Shown here: positions 53,662 to 63,706 of the stretch, in pieces
How positions within the stretch are numbered: position 1 is the stretch's first letter
How the letters are laid out: every line of letters starts with the position of its first letter
Made by a program: the position numbers and the translations under genes
The notes under the pieces: generated by a model
Told to the model about the DNA's origin: nothing
What the model saw: the letters and a program-made list of their open reading frames with translations, nothing else
Database searches by the model: none
Virus record (IMG/VR): IMGVR_UViG_3300027780_001580
Coordinates: 32,001 to 96,000 of that record
Strand: one strand, 5' to 3'
Length of the DNA: 64,000 nt
Source of the DNA: a virus
Taxonomy: Duplodnaviria > Caudoviricetes

Positions 53662-54925
53662 TCTTTTTCTCTTTTAAATATTTAACCAAATCAAACATAA
53701 CGTTTTTAGTATGCTTTTCTTGTATCATAGTTTTAAGGTTGTGTACAGATATATCTGCAAATCTAAACTTCCACTTGATTGCTTTTTTAGGATCTAACTG
53801 TTGTAAGTGGTTTACTTGTTTAACTATTTGTGCTTTAAGTTTAACCCAACGCTTGTATGTATCTCTTTCATCATCAAAGCTATAATCAAATATTCCATCA
53901 TATAGTTTATAGCCGTAGTCTTGTAATTTTTGATTACACTGATGCTGACCAAATATAACAAATGGTTGTAAATGGTATATGCTTCTAAATGTTTTTTCGC
54001 TCCAGAACAAACTAGTACCGTTCCAGTTTTCTGCAAATGTTTCGTTTACAACTTGAAATAATGTTTGCTGATGCAAGTAGCTGTTTAGACTCATAGCATG
54101 ATTAGTTACAAAATCATCTGTATCAACTGTAAGGGGGAGAATAGTTTTGTTCCAAGTTTTTAAATCAGATCGACTAATGGGTGAACCTACCGGTAACTGA
54201 TAACTTTCCATATGCTTGATAGTTTTTTTATCAAATCTGTTATGACTTACTAATCCGTGATCGTATAAGTTACTATGAAAAATTTCAAATGCACTTAACG
54301 TCCGATGCGGTCTGTTAACACGACTTAGGCTTAAAAATGATTTACCTGTGTAACGTTTTTTTGTTTGTGCTATTTCATGTTCTAGTCGTTCTTGCAAAAT
54401 AACTTCAACAGGTTTCTTTTCAATTTGTTGTCCAATAGCATCACCAGGCTTCGTAGCACCTGCTATTCCAAATATCATACTTTCAAAATTATTAAATGTA
54501 ACAACTTTAATTGAGTGTTCAATCTTGTGTTCCATATTATAACGTATGATGTTATCGTTGTCGTACATGTTTGAACTAAAGAAAATAATCTTTTCAGGAT
54601 CTATTCTTGCTTGTTTACAGCTATAATATAGTACATCAAAGAACGGGGCATCGTGTATTGTGCTAAAGCCTTCGGTACTAGCATCAAAAAAGAAAAAACA
54701 TTTTGGATCTTTTCTTAATTGCGACTGAGCTCGATGTTTAACAAACTGAAAAAGATTAACATCTTTCTGCCATTTGGGATAACTGATTAACGCATGTACA
54801 ATAGACACATCATCAAAACCTTCTTGACTTAGTACTAATTGATCTTTTAACTTTTCAATCGACAGCGTAGTTTTTGGCTGTTGAATAAATTCGTTAAAGA
54901 TGATAGAGTCTTTAATTAACTTCAT
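53642..54925 (-). CDS. Hypothetical protein, possible GT-B glycosyltransferase
   Basis: FLSLSRVNRPHR and VVNET...SEKTFRSI...QPFVIFG resemble the E.....TEK motif of GT10-like folds (inference). Confidence 0.5.
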   Translation of the reverse strand: MKLIKDSIIFNEFIQQPKTTLSIEKLKDQLVLSQEGFDDVSIVHALISYPKWQKDVNLFQFVKHRAQSQLRKDPKCFFFFDASTEGFSTIHDAPFFDVLYYSCKQARIDPEKIIFFSSNMYDNDNIIRYNMEHKIEHSIKVVTFNNFESMIFGIAGATKPGDAIGQQIEKKPVEVILQERLEHEIAQTKKRYTGKSFLSLSRVNRPHRTLSAFEIFHSNLYDHGLVSHNRFDKKTIKHMESYQLPVGSPISRSDLKTWNKTILPLTVDTDDFVTNHAMSLNSYLHQQTLFQVVNETFAENWNGTSLFWSEKTFRSIYHLQPFVIFGQHQCNQKLQDYGYKLYDGIFDYSFDDERDTYKRWVKLKAQIVKQVNHLQQLDPKKAIKWKFRFADISVHNLKTMIQEKHTKNVMFDLVKYLKEKKNEKTNT

Positions 54926-54938
54926 AAGGTATACTTTC

Positions 54939-54960
54939 CATAAATACTACTATATTTATG
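54939..54960. promoter_or_regulatory. Palindromic pair of face-to-face late promoters
   Basis: Perfect inverted repeat CATAAATA-CTACTA-TATTTATG between divergent genes. Confidence 0.7.
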
Positions 54961-54986
54961 TACGCATATAATGATTGGAGAACAGA

Positions 54987-56159
54987 GTGAAGATTGGATT
55001 TATTGGATTAGGAAAATTAGGATTACCTTGTGCAGAAGTTGTTGCAATTAAAGGACATGACGTAACAGGTTATGATATTGTTGAAACAGTTAATGATAAT
55101 GTAACAGTTTGTCCTACTATACAAGAAGCAGTCCAAAATAGAGATATTGTGTTTATTGCAGTACCCACTCCGCATCACCCTGACTATGATGGTAAAGCAC
55201 CCACAGCTCATTTAGAACCTAAAGACTTTGGGTACGACATTGTGATTGATTGCATACGTGAAGCAAATGCGTGGATGAACACAGGTCAATTACTTGTATT
55301 AATTAGTACAGTATTACCAGGCACAGTACGTAGAGAATTTGCACCACTAGTAACTAATACTAGATTTGTTTACAATCCGTATTTAATTGCAATGGGTACA
55401 GTTGCATGGGATATGGTCAATCCTGAAATGATTATGATCGGCACAGACGATGGTAGCGAAACAGGTGATGCAAAACAGCTTGTTGAATTTTATAAAACTA
55501 TAATGGAAAACAATCCACGTTATGAAATTGGTACATGGGACGAGTGTGAATGTATCAAAGTATTTTATAACACATTTATTAGTGCAAAAATTGGATTAGT
55601 TAACATGATTCAAGATGTAGCAGAGAAGCAAGGACATATTAATGTCGATGTAGTAACTACTGCACTTGCTAAGAGCGATCAACGTATAATGGGTCCTAGT
55701 TATATGAAAGCAGGAATGGGAGATGGCGGTGCATGTCACCCACGTGATAATATTGCGTTACGATACATGGCTCAAAATTTAGGCTTGCAATATGACATAT
55801 TTGATGCTATAATGAATGCAAGAGAAGTGCAGGCTAAGAACATGGCAAACTATTTGGTTAAGATTGCAGAGAAGCGAAACTTACCAATTTTGTTAAACGG
55901 CATTGCATATAAACCAGGAGTACCTTATACTGACGGAAGTTATAGTTTGTTAGTAGGACATTATTGTAAAGAAGCAGGATATCATTGTATTGAAGTTGAT
56001 CCAATGGCTAGTCCACAAAAAGGTCCGTTTACGGCTGTAGCACTATTAGCACACCCGGAACTTTATTGTTATCTCTCAGAAGGAAGTGTTGTAGTTGATC
56101 CTTGGAGAGACTTTAAGTCAGATAAATTTGAAGTATTCCATTATGGAAACACACGATGA
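54987..56159 (+). CDS. ugd: UDP-glucose/GDP-mannose 6-dehydrogenase family protein
   Basis: GFIGLGKLG Rossmann motif, IAVPTP, STVLPGT, K.FYNTFISAKI, catalytic GGACHPRD and GIAYKP. GTG start 54987 follows GGAG (the track uses TTG 54975). Confidence 0.9.
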   Translation: MKIGFIGLGKLGLPCAEVVAIKGHDVTGYDIVETVNDNVTVCPTIQEAVQNRDIVFIAVPTPHHPDYDGKAPTAHLEPKDFGYDIVIDCIREANAWMNTGQLLVLISTVLPGTVRREFAPLVTNTRFVYNPYLIAMGTVAWDMVNPEMIMIGTDDGSETGDAKQLVEFYKTIMENNPRYEIGTWDECECIKVFYNTFISAKIGLVNMIQDVAEKQGHINVDVVTTALAKSDQRIMGPSYMKAGMGDGGACHPRDNIALRYMAQNLGLQYDIFDAIMNAREVQAKNMANYLVKIAEKRNLPILLNGIAYKPGVPYTDGSYSLLVGHYCKEAGYHCIEVDPMASPQKGPFTAVALLAHPELYCYLSEGSVVVDPWRDFKSDKFEVFHYGNTR

Positions 56160-57067
56160 AAAAAATATTAATTGTAGGTGATAGTAATGCACTAGGTGAA
56201 TGGGGTACTATTATTCCAGGGCCTGCTTGTGCTAACCCTAAACACCCAGAACTGTTTGAGCCGTGGAACAAAGACAAATACTTAGAAGGGTCTGCACCTA
56301 AGCCTTTTCAAGTTGTATGGCCAGGCTTTGGTTATAACTTAGATCTAATGGGCCACGCTACTGCTAACTATGCATTTGGTGGATCAGGTAACTTTGAAGC
56401 AATTTTTAAAGTAGAAGAAGCACTAGGACTTGCACCTTGTTTTACTAGTCCTGTATTTTATAAACCTAATTTAATTATATGGATGCTCACTGAACCTTGC
56501 AGAGATTTGAAAAGAAGTCTATGGCCAGACGAAGCAGGACTGTATGACTTACAAAAGTATTATGATGCAAGTGAAGCTAAAGTTAAAAATGCTACAAGCA
56601 TTAAAGAGATAAGTGACGAACTACTTACAATAGCATTAGACGGCGCACAAGCAATTTACGAGCAAACAGGTATACCTTGGTTAGTAATTGAAGGTTGGGG
56701 CAAACTGCCTAAAGATATTAGCAAGTATACTTTTATAAAATATGTACACCGTGATTGGATGGATAAAATACTTGGAAGACCTGTACCATTAATTAGTAGT
56801 TGGGGTACAGCAGAAAATGTACGTAGACGTAGACCAGACCTAACAGAAAATGCCGCAGAAAGTTTGCGTATGTTCGCTAGGCAAAGACCAGAACTTAATA
56901 TTCCTAACCTACCGGAAGAAAGTGAAGAAACAGAATTTAAACGTATAGTAGATGAATACGAAGACGTGATTAATATTATGACAAAAAGCGATAGGTTCCC
57001 GGATAACTGTCATGCAGATAGAACAATACAAGAGGAACTAGCTAACGAGATAGCACCGCATGTATGA
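56156..57067 (+). CDS. SGNH/GDSL-like hydrolase or acyltransferase
   Basis: ILIVGDS, NYAFGGSGN and a C-terminal DNCH. Confidence 0.55.
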   Translation: MKKILIVGDSNALGEWGTIIPGPACANPKHPELFEPWNKDKYLEGSAPKPFQVVWPGFGYNLDLMGHATANYAFGGSGNFEAIFKVEEALGLAPCFTSPVFYKPNLIIWMLTEPCRDLKRSLWPDEAGLYDLQKYYDASEAKVKNATSIKEISDELLTIALDGAQAIYEQTGIPWLVIEGWGKLPKDISKYTFIKYVHRDWMDKILGRPVPLISSWGTAENVRRRRPDLTENAAESLRMFARQRPELNIPNLPEESEETEFKRIVDEYEDVINIMTKSDRFPDNCHADRTIQEELANEIAPHV

Positions 57068-57731
57068 TATTGTTTTTATAAGTTACGGAGAAGCAAACGC
57101 TGATAGTAATTGGGATAAACTTAAACAACAATATCCAATGGCAAAGCGTGTTAAAGATGTTAAAGGAATACATCAAGCACACATTGCAGGAGCAAAGAAA
57201 TGCTTTACAAAAATGTTTTGGGTAGTTGATGGCGATGCACGAATAGTTGACGAGTTTAAATTTGATCACGAAGTTAGTAGCTACGACCTAGAGTGTGTGC
57301 ATGTATGGAGAGCTAAGAACCCTGTTAACGGATTAGAATACGGATATGGCGGAGTTAAACTGTTACCACGTATGCTTACACTAAAGATGGATACAAATGT
57401 AACAGATATGACAACTAGTATTAGTGATAAATTTAAAGCAATGACAGAAGTTAGTAATGTTACGGCATTTAATACAGATCCACTTAGTACGTGGCGCGGT
57501 GCGTTTAGAGAATGTGCTAAGTTGGCAAGTAAAACAATACAAGGACAACTGGAGGAAGAAACAAATGATAGACTTAAAACTTGGACTACTTATGCTGAAG
57601 GAGTACATAGCAGAGATGCGTTACGAGGTGCTATGGCTGGCATGCGTTTTGGTAATAGCAGTAGCAGTGATCTTAACTTAATAAATAATTTTGATTGGCT
57701 CAAGGAACAATTCGATAATGATACCATTTAA
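57060..57731 (+). CDS. Glycosyltransferase-like protein, paralog of 49222..50106
   Basis: YDIVFISYGE.NA, GIHQAH, WVVDGD, YGYGGVKL and WRGAFRECAKL. Confidence 0.6.
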   Translation: MYDIVFISYGEANADSNWDKLKQQYPMAKRVKDVKGIHQAHIAGAKKCFTKMFWVVDGDARIVDEFKFDHEVSSYDLECVHVWRAKNPVNGLEYGYGGVKLLPRMLTLKMDTNVTDMTTSISDKFKAMTEVSNVTAFNTDPLSTWRGAFRECAKLASKTIQGQLEEETNDRLKTWTTYAEGVHSRDALRGAMAGMRFGNSSSSDLNLINNFDWLKEQFDNDTI

Positions 57732-58686
57732 AGAAATAGCATCATTTGGCCAACAAACAATGTTAGACAAACCGTTGTTTAATGTTAGTTGGATTCTTGG
57801 TCGCTTCTGTAATTACAGTTGTAGTTACTGCTGGCCGTACGCTAATTCTAATAAACCTGATCATCAAGCATTTGAACTTTATACAAATACCATTGACGAA
57901 ATAAAACGCCAAGCAAGAGCAAACGGATTTACAGAGTTTCATTTTAGTTTTAGTGGTGGCGAGCCAACTGCTTACAAATTGTTTAGCGAGCTAGTAGCAT
58001 ATTACGCTGACGATGCAGATGCTAAGTATCAAAGCGTACACATGACAACTAACCTAAGTCCAGGAAGCAAATGGTGGAACAAATGGTTAGAAACTACAAG
58101 TAGTCTACAACGTAGAAGTATTACAGCAAGTTACCATGCAGAGTTTGCTAAAGAGCAAGAGTTTGGTGACAAGTGTTTACAATTAATGAAAGGTGGAGTA
58201 TATGTTACGATCAATCAAGTTATGGTTCCTGAAATGTTTGAAGAACTTTACGAACGCTTACAACGATTTGCCACCAGAGGCATTAATGTTACTCTCAAAC
58301 CCCAATCTGATCCTACCGCCTCGTTTATCATCGATGGATATACTACCGACCAAATCGAAAAAATGCAAAAAGGGTTCCCGCAAGAATGGAACGGAGAAGA
58401 AGTTTATCAAATTAGATTGACTGATGTTAGTGGCTCTACGTATTTTATAGATCAAGCAGAGCGATTAAATGCATACGGGTTTAATAAATTTGAAGGGTGG
58501 AAATGCAATGCAGGCTATCAGAGTTGTATCATACGTGGCAATGAAGTTAAGAGAGCATATAGTTGTAGCGATGAACCACTAGGTACGCTACAAGACGGTT
58601 TTACGCTGTTTAAGACACCATCTAAATGTGTAACTGCTACATGTGTAAGTAGTGCAGATAGTAAAATACCAAAGGTAGTAGCATGA
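57718..58686 (+). CDS. Radical SAM protein with C-terminal Cys-rich auxiliary domain
   Basis: CNYSCSYC and SGGEP; C-terminal WKCNAG...C...C...CVSSAD. ATG 57718 is preferred. Confidence 0.88.
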   Translation: MIPFKEIASFGQQTMLDKPLFNVSWILGRFCNYSCSYCWPYANSNKPDHQAFELYTNTIDEIKRQARANGFTEFHFSFSGGEPTAYKLFSELVAYYADDADAKYQSVHMTTNLSPGSKWWNKWLETTSSLQRRSITASYHAEFAKEQEFGDKCLQLMKGGVYVTINQVMVPEMFEELYERLQRFATRGINVTLKPQSDPTASFIIDGYTTDQIEKMQKGFPQEWNGEEVYQIRLTDVSGSTYFIDQAERLNAYGFNKFEGWKCNAGYQSCIIRGNEVKRAYSCSDEPLGTLQDGFTLFKTPSKCVTATCVSSADSKIPKVVA

Positions 58687-58916
58687 CTAATTTAAGCATC
58701 AAAGACCTAGCAACACTAGCAATGGAGTCTGAAAGTATTGACCCTATAGATTGGGGCGAACTTAATATTAATGAAGAACAAGCGTTTTTATTAATGGCTA
58801 GTTACGTATTGGAAATACATCAAAGAACGCCAGAGCCTGAGATAATGATGGCAACTGTGACTAAACTATTAGTAGAGAACTTTTCGCTTAATTTAAAATT
58901 ACAAGGAAAACGATGA
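58683..58916 (+). CDS. Hypothetical protein
   Basis: 77-aa ORF coupled to both neighbours by 4-nt overlaps. Confidence 0.7.
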   Translation: MTNLSIKDLATLAMESESIDPIDWGELNINEEQAFLLMASYVLEIHQRTPEPEIMMATVTKLLVENFSLNLKLQGKR

Positions 58917-59515
58917 AGATTGATATTCAAGACATAAAGTTTTGGGCAGATGCTATTCGCAATAGTGCAGACAGAGATCGTACCTTAGAAAGTTTATGGG
59001 GAGGCCAACTCCAATCCAAGTCTTGGCTAATTGAAAAAATGGAAAACAGAGCCCATATTGCTAACGCTGATATAGTTATCTTTGGAGGCTGGAATGGTAT
59101 ACTTGCTAGTATGATGTTTAACAGCGACCTAGGAACTAAACATATTACTAGTATCGATATTGACCCCGCCTGTGAAAAAATTGCATCAACAGTTAACAAG
59201 CGTCAAGAGATGGCAGGACGTTTTAAAGCAGTAACAGAAGATATGTGCAAGTACGAGTACACAACTGATCCGTATTTTGTTATTAACACAAGTTGCGAAC
59301 ACGTTACACCTACACAATATAAAACTTGGTTAGACAGAGTTCCTAAAGGAACAAAGATTATATTGCAAAGTAATAACTATTATGAGTTAGACGAACATGT
59401 TAATTGTGTAAGCTCGTTAGAAGAATTTAAAAAAACATGTAATATAGATATTGATGCGGCACATGAATTAGAGTTATCAAAGTATAAGAGATTTATGATT
59501 ATAGGAAATGTATAA
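58913..59515 (+). CDS. Class I SAM-dependent methyltransferase
   Basis: VIFGGWNG motif I, SIDID motif II and INTSCEH. Confidence 0.75.
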   Translation: MKIDIQDIKFWADAIRNSADRDRTLESLWGGQLQSKSWLIEKMENRAHIANADIVIFGGWNGILASMMFNSDLGTKHITSIDIDPACEKIASTVNKRQEMAGRFKAVTEDMCKYEYTTDPYFVINTSCEHVTPTQYKTWLDRVPKGTKIILQSNNYYELDEHVNCVSSLEEFKKTCNIDIDAAHELELSKYKRFMIIGNV

Positions 59516-60513
59516 TGTATAACTACGAAGACATAACGTCAATACATTTAGAAGTTACAACTAGGTGTCAAGCACGTTGTCCTATGTGTCCAAGAAGAGT
59601 CAACGGAGGCCCAGAACTTGACGGATTAGATCTTACAGAAATTAGTTACGCTACTTTTATAGAGTGGTTTCCTATAAGTTTTGTACAGCAACTAAAGTTT
59701 TTAAATATGTGTGGCAACTTAGGCGATCCTATTATGGCCAAAGATACTCTAGGCATAATGCAATACTTACGTAAGCATAATCCTGAAATGACTTTACAAA
59801 TGCACACTAACGGAAGTGCTAGAACTTCAAGTTGGTTCAAAGGACTTGCAGAAGCAGGAGTAAAGATTGTATTTGGTATTGATGGCTTAGGAGATACTCA
59901 TTCACTATACAGAATTAATACAGACTTTAATAAGATTCTAAAAAATGCACAAACATTTATACAGGCAGGCGGAGATGCAAGATGGGATATGCTAGTATTT
60001 GCACACAACGAACATCAAGTAGATGCATGTGAGCAACTAAGTAAAGACATGGGCTTTAAAGGATTTAGTATTAAACACACTACTAGATTTAAAGACGGAC
60101 AGTTTGAAGTTATTGATGACAATTATAATGTAACACACATATTATTACCATCGCAAAAAAGTTTAGAAATGATAGCACCAGCAGAAAAAGCTAGGAAAGA
60201 AACATTACCAACTATTAATTGTAAGGCAGTTGAAGATAAACAAATGTATATTGCCGCTAATGGAAATGTTAGTCCATGTTGTTGGCTAGATTTAGAATGG
60301 TTACCACAACACTCCCATTCAAGAATAGATTATATGATAAAAATTAAAGAATACCCTAATTTACATAAGTATTCATTTGCAGAGATCTTTAACAACGGCT
60401 TCTTTAACAAGATTAGTAGTTGTTGGAATTCCACTGGACTTAAAGAATGTTCGAAACAATGTGGAAGTTTTGATAAACTAAATGCACAATTTGAAAGGCA
60501 CGAACATGAGTAA
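59515..60513 (+). CDS. Radical SAM/SPASM-type protein
   Basis: CQARCPMC, CGNLGDP and HTNG; C-terminal C...YI...GNVSPCCW...CSKQC. Confidence 0.9.
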   Translation: MYNYEDITSIHLEVTTRCQARCPMCPRRVNGGPELDGLDLTEISYATFIEWFPISFVQQLKFLNMCGNLGDPIMAKDTLGIMQYLRKHNPEMTLQMHTNGSARTSSWFKGLAEAGVKIVFGIDGLGDTHSLYRINTDFNKILKNAQTFIQAGGDARWDMLVFAHNEHQVDACEQLSKDMGFKGFSIKHTTRFKDGQFEVIDDNYNVTHILLPSQKSLEMIAPAEKARKETLPTINCKAVEDKQMYIAANGNVSPCCWLDLEWLPQHSHSRIDYMIKIKEYPNLHKYSFAEIFNNGFFNKISSCWNSTGLKECSKQCGSFDKLNAQFERHEHE

Positions 60514-61807
60514 GACATTTTGCCCTTTACCGTGGATACACTTAGCAACTCGACCTAATGGTGACGTTAGAGTTTGTTGTACGGCTAATGCATCAGGTGC
60601 AGGACTTGAAGACGATAAAACAGTAGGCCTTGTTAAAAAGGACGGCATTGCTATGAACATGCGTAACCATACTATTGAAGAAGTATGGAACAGTGAACAT
60701 ATGCGTACTACACGATTACAAATGCTTAATGAAGAAGTTCCGGCAAGTTGTCGTAAATGCTTTGCAGAAGAAGAACGTGGCATTGTGAGTAAGCGTCAGT
60801 GGGAAACTAAAGTATGGAATAAACGGTTAGACATTGAAAGTATTGTAGCAAAAACAGATGATCAAGGTAACATACCTGTTAACATTCCTTACTTTGACCT
60901 ACGACTTGGAAATCTATGTCAACTAAAGTGCGTTATGTGTAGTCCACATGATTCAAGCAGTTGGATTAAAGAATGGAAACTGCAAAAGCCCAAATACAGA
61001 GACAAGAATTTAATTGCAGACACAAGTTGGGACGAAGACTTTGATTATACTTGGTATAAGAAAGGTTCTTTTATAGAATCAATGAAAGGCCAATCACAGC
61101 ATATCAAAGAATTATACTTTGCTGGTGGCGAACCATTGCTAATACCAGAGCATTATGCTATACTACAGTTTATGGTTGATAATAATTATGCTAAAGATAT
61201 TTGTATACGTTATAACAGTAACGGATTAGAGTTGCCTGACAAATTATTTGTACTATGGCAACACTTTAAAGAAATTACATTTAATTTTAGTATAGATGCA
61301 TATGGTGACAGGAATGATTATATACGTTATCCAAGTAAGTGGGCTGATATTCAAAAAAACTTGCATAAACTTGATTCAAGTTTAGATAATATTATAATAA
61401 ACGTTGCGGCCGCAGTACAATTATTAAATGTTGCATACATACATGAACTAGCTGAGTGGAAAATAGATCAAGGCTTTAGTAAAGTTAATGTATTACCGTT
61501 TGGTGGCGGACTAATTAATACGCATTTAGTTTATTTTCCTAGTTACTTAAATGTTAGAACATTACCTAGAGAGCTTAAAGAGTTTGCTAAAGGTAATATT
61601 GAAAGTTTTATTCAAAGACAGAAGTTTAATACAGATTGGAACAATCATGCAATGGGCAAACCACGCTGGGACGGAATTGTTAACTATATGATGTCAGAAG
61701 ATTGGTCTGATAAGTTACCACAGCTACAAGACTACCTACGAGTATTAGACGAACGCCGCGGAACGGACTTTAGAAAAACGTTTCCGGAATTAGGAAAACA
61801 TATATAA
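60506..61807 (+). CDS. Radical SAM protein with N-terminal twitch domain
   Basis: MSKTFCPLPW...VCC...CRKC, then CQLKCVMC and AGGEP. ATG 60506 is preferred. Confidence 0.9.
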   Translation: MSKTFCPLPWIHLATRPNGDVRVCCTANASGAGLEDDKTVGLVKKDGIAMNMRNHTIEEVWNSEHMRTTRLQMLNEEVPASCRKCFAEEERGIVSKRQWETKVWNKRLDIESIVAKTDDQGNIPVNIPYFDLRLGNLCQLKCVMCSPHDSSSWIKEWKLQKPKYRDKNLIADTSWDEDFDYTWYKKGSFIESMKGQSQHIKELYFAGGEPLLIPEHYAILQFMVDNNYAKDICIRYNSNGLELPDKLFVLWQHFKEITFNFSIDAYGDRNDYIRYPSKWADIQKNLHKLDSSLDNIIINVAAAVQLLNVAYIHELAEWKIDQGFSKVNVLPFGGGLINTHLVYFPSYLNVRTLPRELKEFAKGNIESFIQRQKFNTDWNNHAMGKPRWDGIVNYMMSEDWSDKLPQLQDYLRVLDERRGTDFRKTFPELGKHI

Positions 61808-62385
61808 TGGACGTAGGATATAAGGTTGTTTGCCATGATGTAGATCCTATAGAACTACATGAACAAACTGTTATTGGTACAGAAGAAAAGAATGCAAATC
61901 TTATTGTGCGTTCTACTGCTAACGAACAGTTGTTATATATTGACGGAGCCACAGGTGGCAATGAACCTATTTTTCTTGGAATAACTAAATCAAGAGGAAC
62001 ACAGCAGAATAAGTTACCAGTTGAACCAGGAGATAACTTAGGTGGTGTTCAAATTTATGGAAGAACTAAGCCAGGCAGTAGTTTAGGGTATTGTCATGAT
62101 GAAACACCGTTGAATGGTGCTATACAATTTTTTGTATCTAAGGATTATAATAAACAAGGTGCAGTTGCTAATGAGATGGTTATAGCATTGTCTAATAATA
62201 CAGACATGTCTATTAAATTAAAACTTGATAGTAATGGTAACTTAATTACACAAGGTAATATAACTAGTGGTAATTTAAAAATAACAGACACAGTAGTTAA
62301 CGAAGTAGGACCAATAGAGAAATATGTTCAAGTTGAATTAGATGGCAACAAATATGCTATGCCATTGTACAGGATATCAACATGA
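61807..62385 (+). CDS. Hypothetical protein resembling a tail-fibre segment
   Basis: SRGT...PV..GDNLG, LKLDSNGNL and a C-terminal YVQVELDGNKYAMPLY. Confidence 0.5.
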   Translation: MDVGYKVVCHDVDPIELHEQTVIGTEEKNANLIVRSTANEQLLYIDGATGGNEPIFLGITKSRGTQQNKLPVEPGDNLGGVQIYGRTKPGSSLGYCHDETPLNGAIQFFVSKDYNKQGAVANEMVIALSNNTDMSIKLKLDSNGNLITQGNITSGNLKITDTVVNEVGPIEKYVQVELDGNKYAMPLYRIST

Positions 62386-63071
62386 ACAAAATAACTTGGA
62401 AACATATTGACTATAACAACGACAGTCTTAATAGTATAGCAAGAAATATTGCTGAGTATCATACTGCTCATGCACTAAAAGTTAAGTACTCTACAACTAA
62501 AGGAGTACCGCTAGGAACTATCTTCTTAGATGACAAACATACAGTTGAAAATATCAGTGTGTTGAATAGTATTTTAAATTATAATGTATATTTTAAAGAG
62601 AATACTGAAGTACCGTTAAAAACAATAATTGATCCTGATTGTGTTGTTGCGTTAGCAAGTGGTGACACTCCAAGTCAGTTACTAGCCAAACATACATATG
62701 TTATTGATATTAGTCCAATGGCATTAGAAAAAACAAGAGAAAAATATAATATAGATGTAACTAAGAGCTACAATTACAACCAAGTTGATTTATTTGATAT
62801 ACGAGCTGTAGAACAGTTTTTAACAAAATGCCAAGGTAATGTAGGATTATTTTGTTTAAGTAATGTATTTTTATACTTTCCTAATTGCATAATGTTTGAT
62901 GCAAAGGCAAGACTTAAAAAACAAAACGAATTAATTAGTTTATTAGCACAAGATAAAATTAAATGGTATGTTGATATGGTAACAGTCAATGGAACATATA
63001 TTCAAACACTAGCAAGTGAATTAGTAGACATGACGTTAGACGATAAATTTAAAGAATTGCCATGGATCTAG
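62382..63071 (+). CDS. Hypothetical protein, possible degenerate methyltransferase fold
   Basis: 229-aa coupled ORF; ALASG, VIDIS and LSNVF give a weak Rossmann-like pattern. Confidence 0.55.
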   Translation: MNKITWKHIDYNNDSLNSIARNIAEYHTAHALKVKYSTTKGVPLGTIFLDDKHTVENISVLNSILNYNVYFKENTEVPLKTIIDPDCVVALASGDTPSQLLAKHTYVIDISPMALEKTREKYNIDVTKSYNYNQVDLFDIRAVEQFLTKCQGNVGLFCLSNVFLYFPNCIMFDAKARLKKQNELISLLAQDKIKWYVDMVTVNGTYIQTLASELVDMTLDDKFKELPWI

Positions 63072-63706
63072 TAGAAAAGTTTAACTGGATTAGACACAAC
63101 AGCGGCCTTGCTACACTTCTGTTAGATATTCCAAAGCCTTCAAATGATATTAGAGATGAAATATTAAAAAGTGTTGACATTGCTGTTCCCCATAGGGATA
63201 CTGATGGCAAAGGTTGGCGCAGTTTAACACTTCACGGACACAGTTCTATAATGACTGACAGTGATGATGCTTACAAAGAAAAAGGATTCACATTAGGTAC
63301 TAAAGAATGGACTGATATAGCAAAGCACTTTCCGTTAACTAAACAATGGATTACTAAAAATATACCTTTTGAAAAGTATGGAAGAATTAGAATAATGATA
63401 GTTGACCCAGGCGGGTATGTTAGTCCACACAAAGACTTTTTACATGGACAATTATTAGGCGGAATCAATATTGCTATTACACACCCCAAAGAAGTAGTGT
63501 TTAACATTGAAAATTATGGTAATGTAGAATGGCAAGAAGGTGAATCGAGACTAATTGATCTAGGAAGTATACATCAAATTACAAACAACAGTAGCAAATC
63601 TAGGATACATATAATTGTACACAGTGAACCAATTGATCAGTGGAATGAAACAATTATGCAATTAGTCTGCAACAGTTACAACAAGGAATATAATGGAACA
63701 AAATAA
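63062..63706 (+). CDS. AspH-like 2OG-Fe(II) oxygenase
   Basis: RIRIMIVDPGGYVSPHKD (HxD), then IHQITN (distal His) and RIHIIV. Confidence 0.8.
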   Translation: MDLVEKFNWIRHNSGLATLLLDIPKPSNDIRDEILKSVDIAVPHRDTDGKGWRSLTLHGHSSIMTDSDDAYKEKGFTLGTKEWTDIAKHFPLTKQWITKNIPFEKYGRIRIMIVDPGGYVSPHKDFLHGQLLGGINIAITHPKEVVFNIENYGNVEWQEGESRLIDLGSIHQITNNSSKSRIHIIVHSEPIDQWNETIMQLVCNSYNKEYNGTK

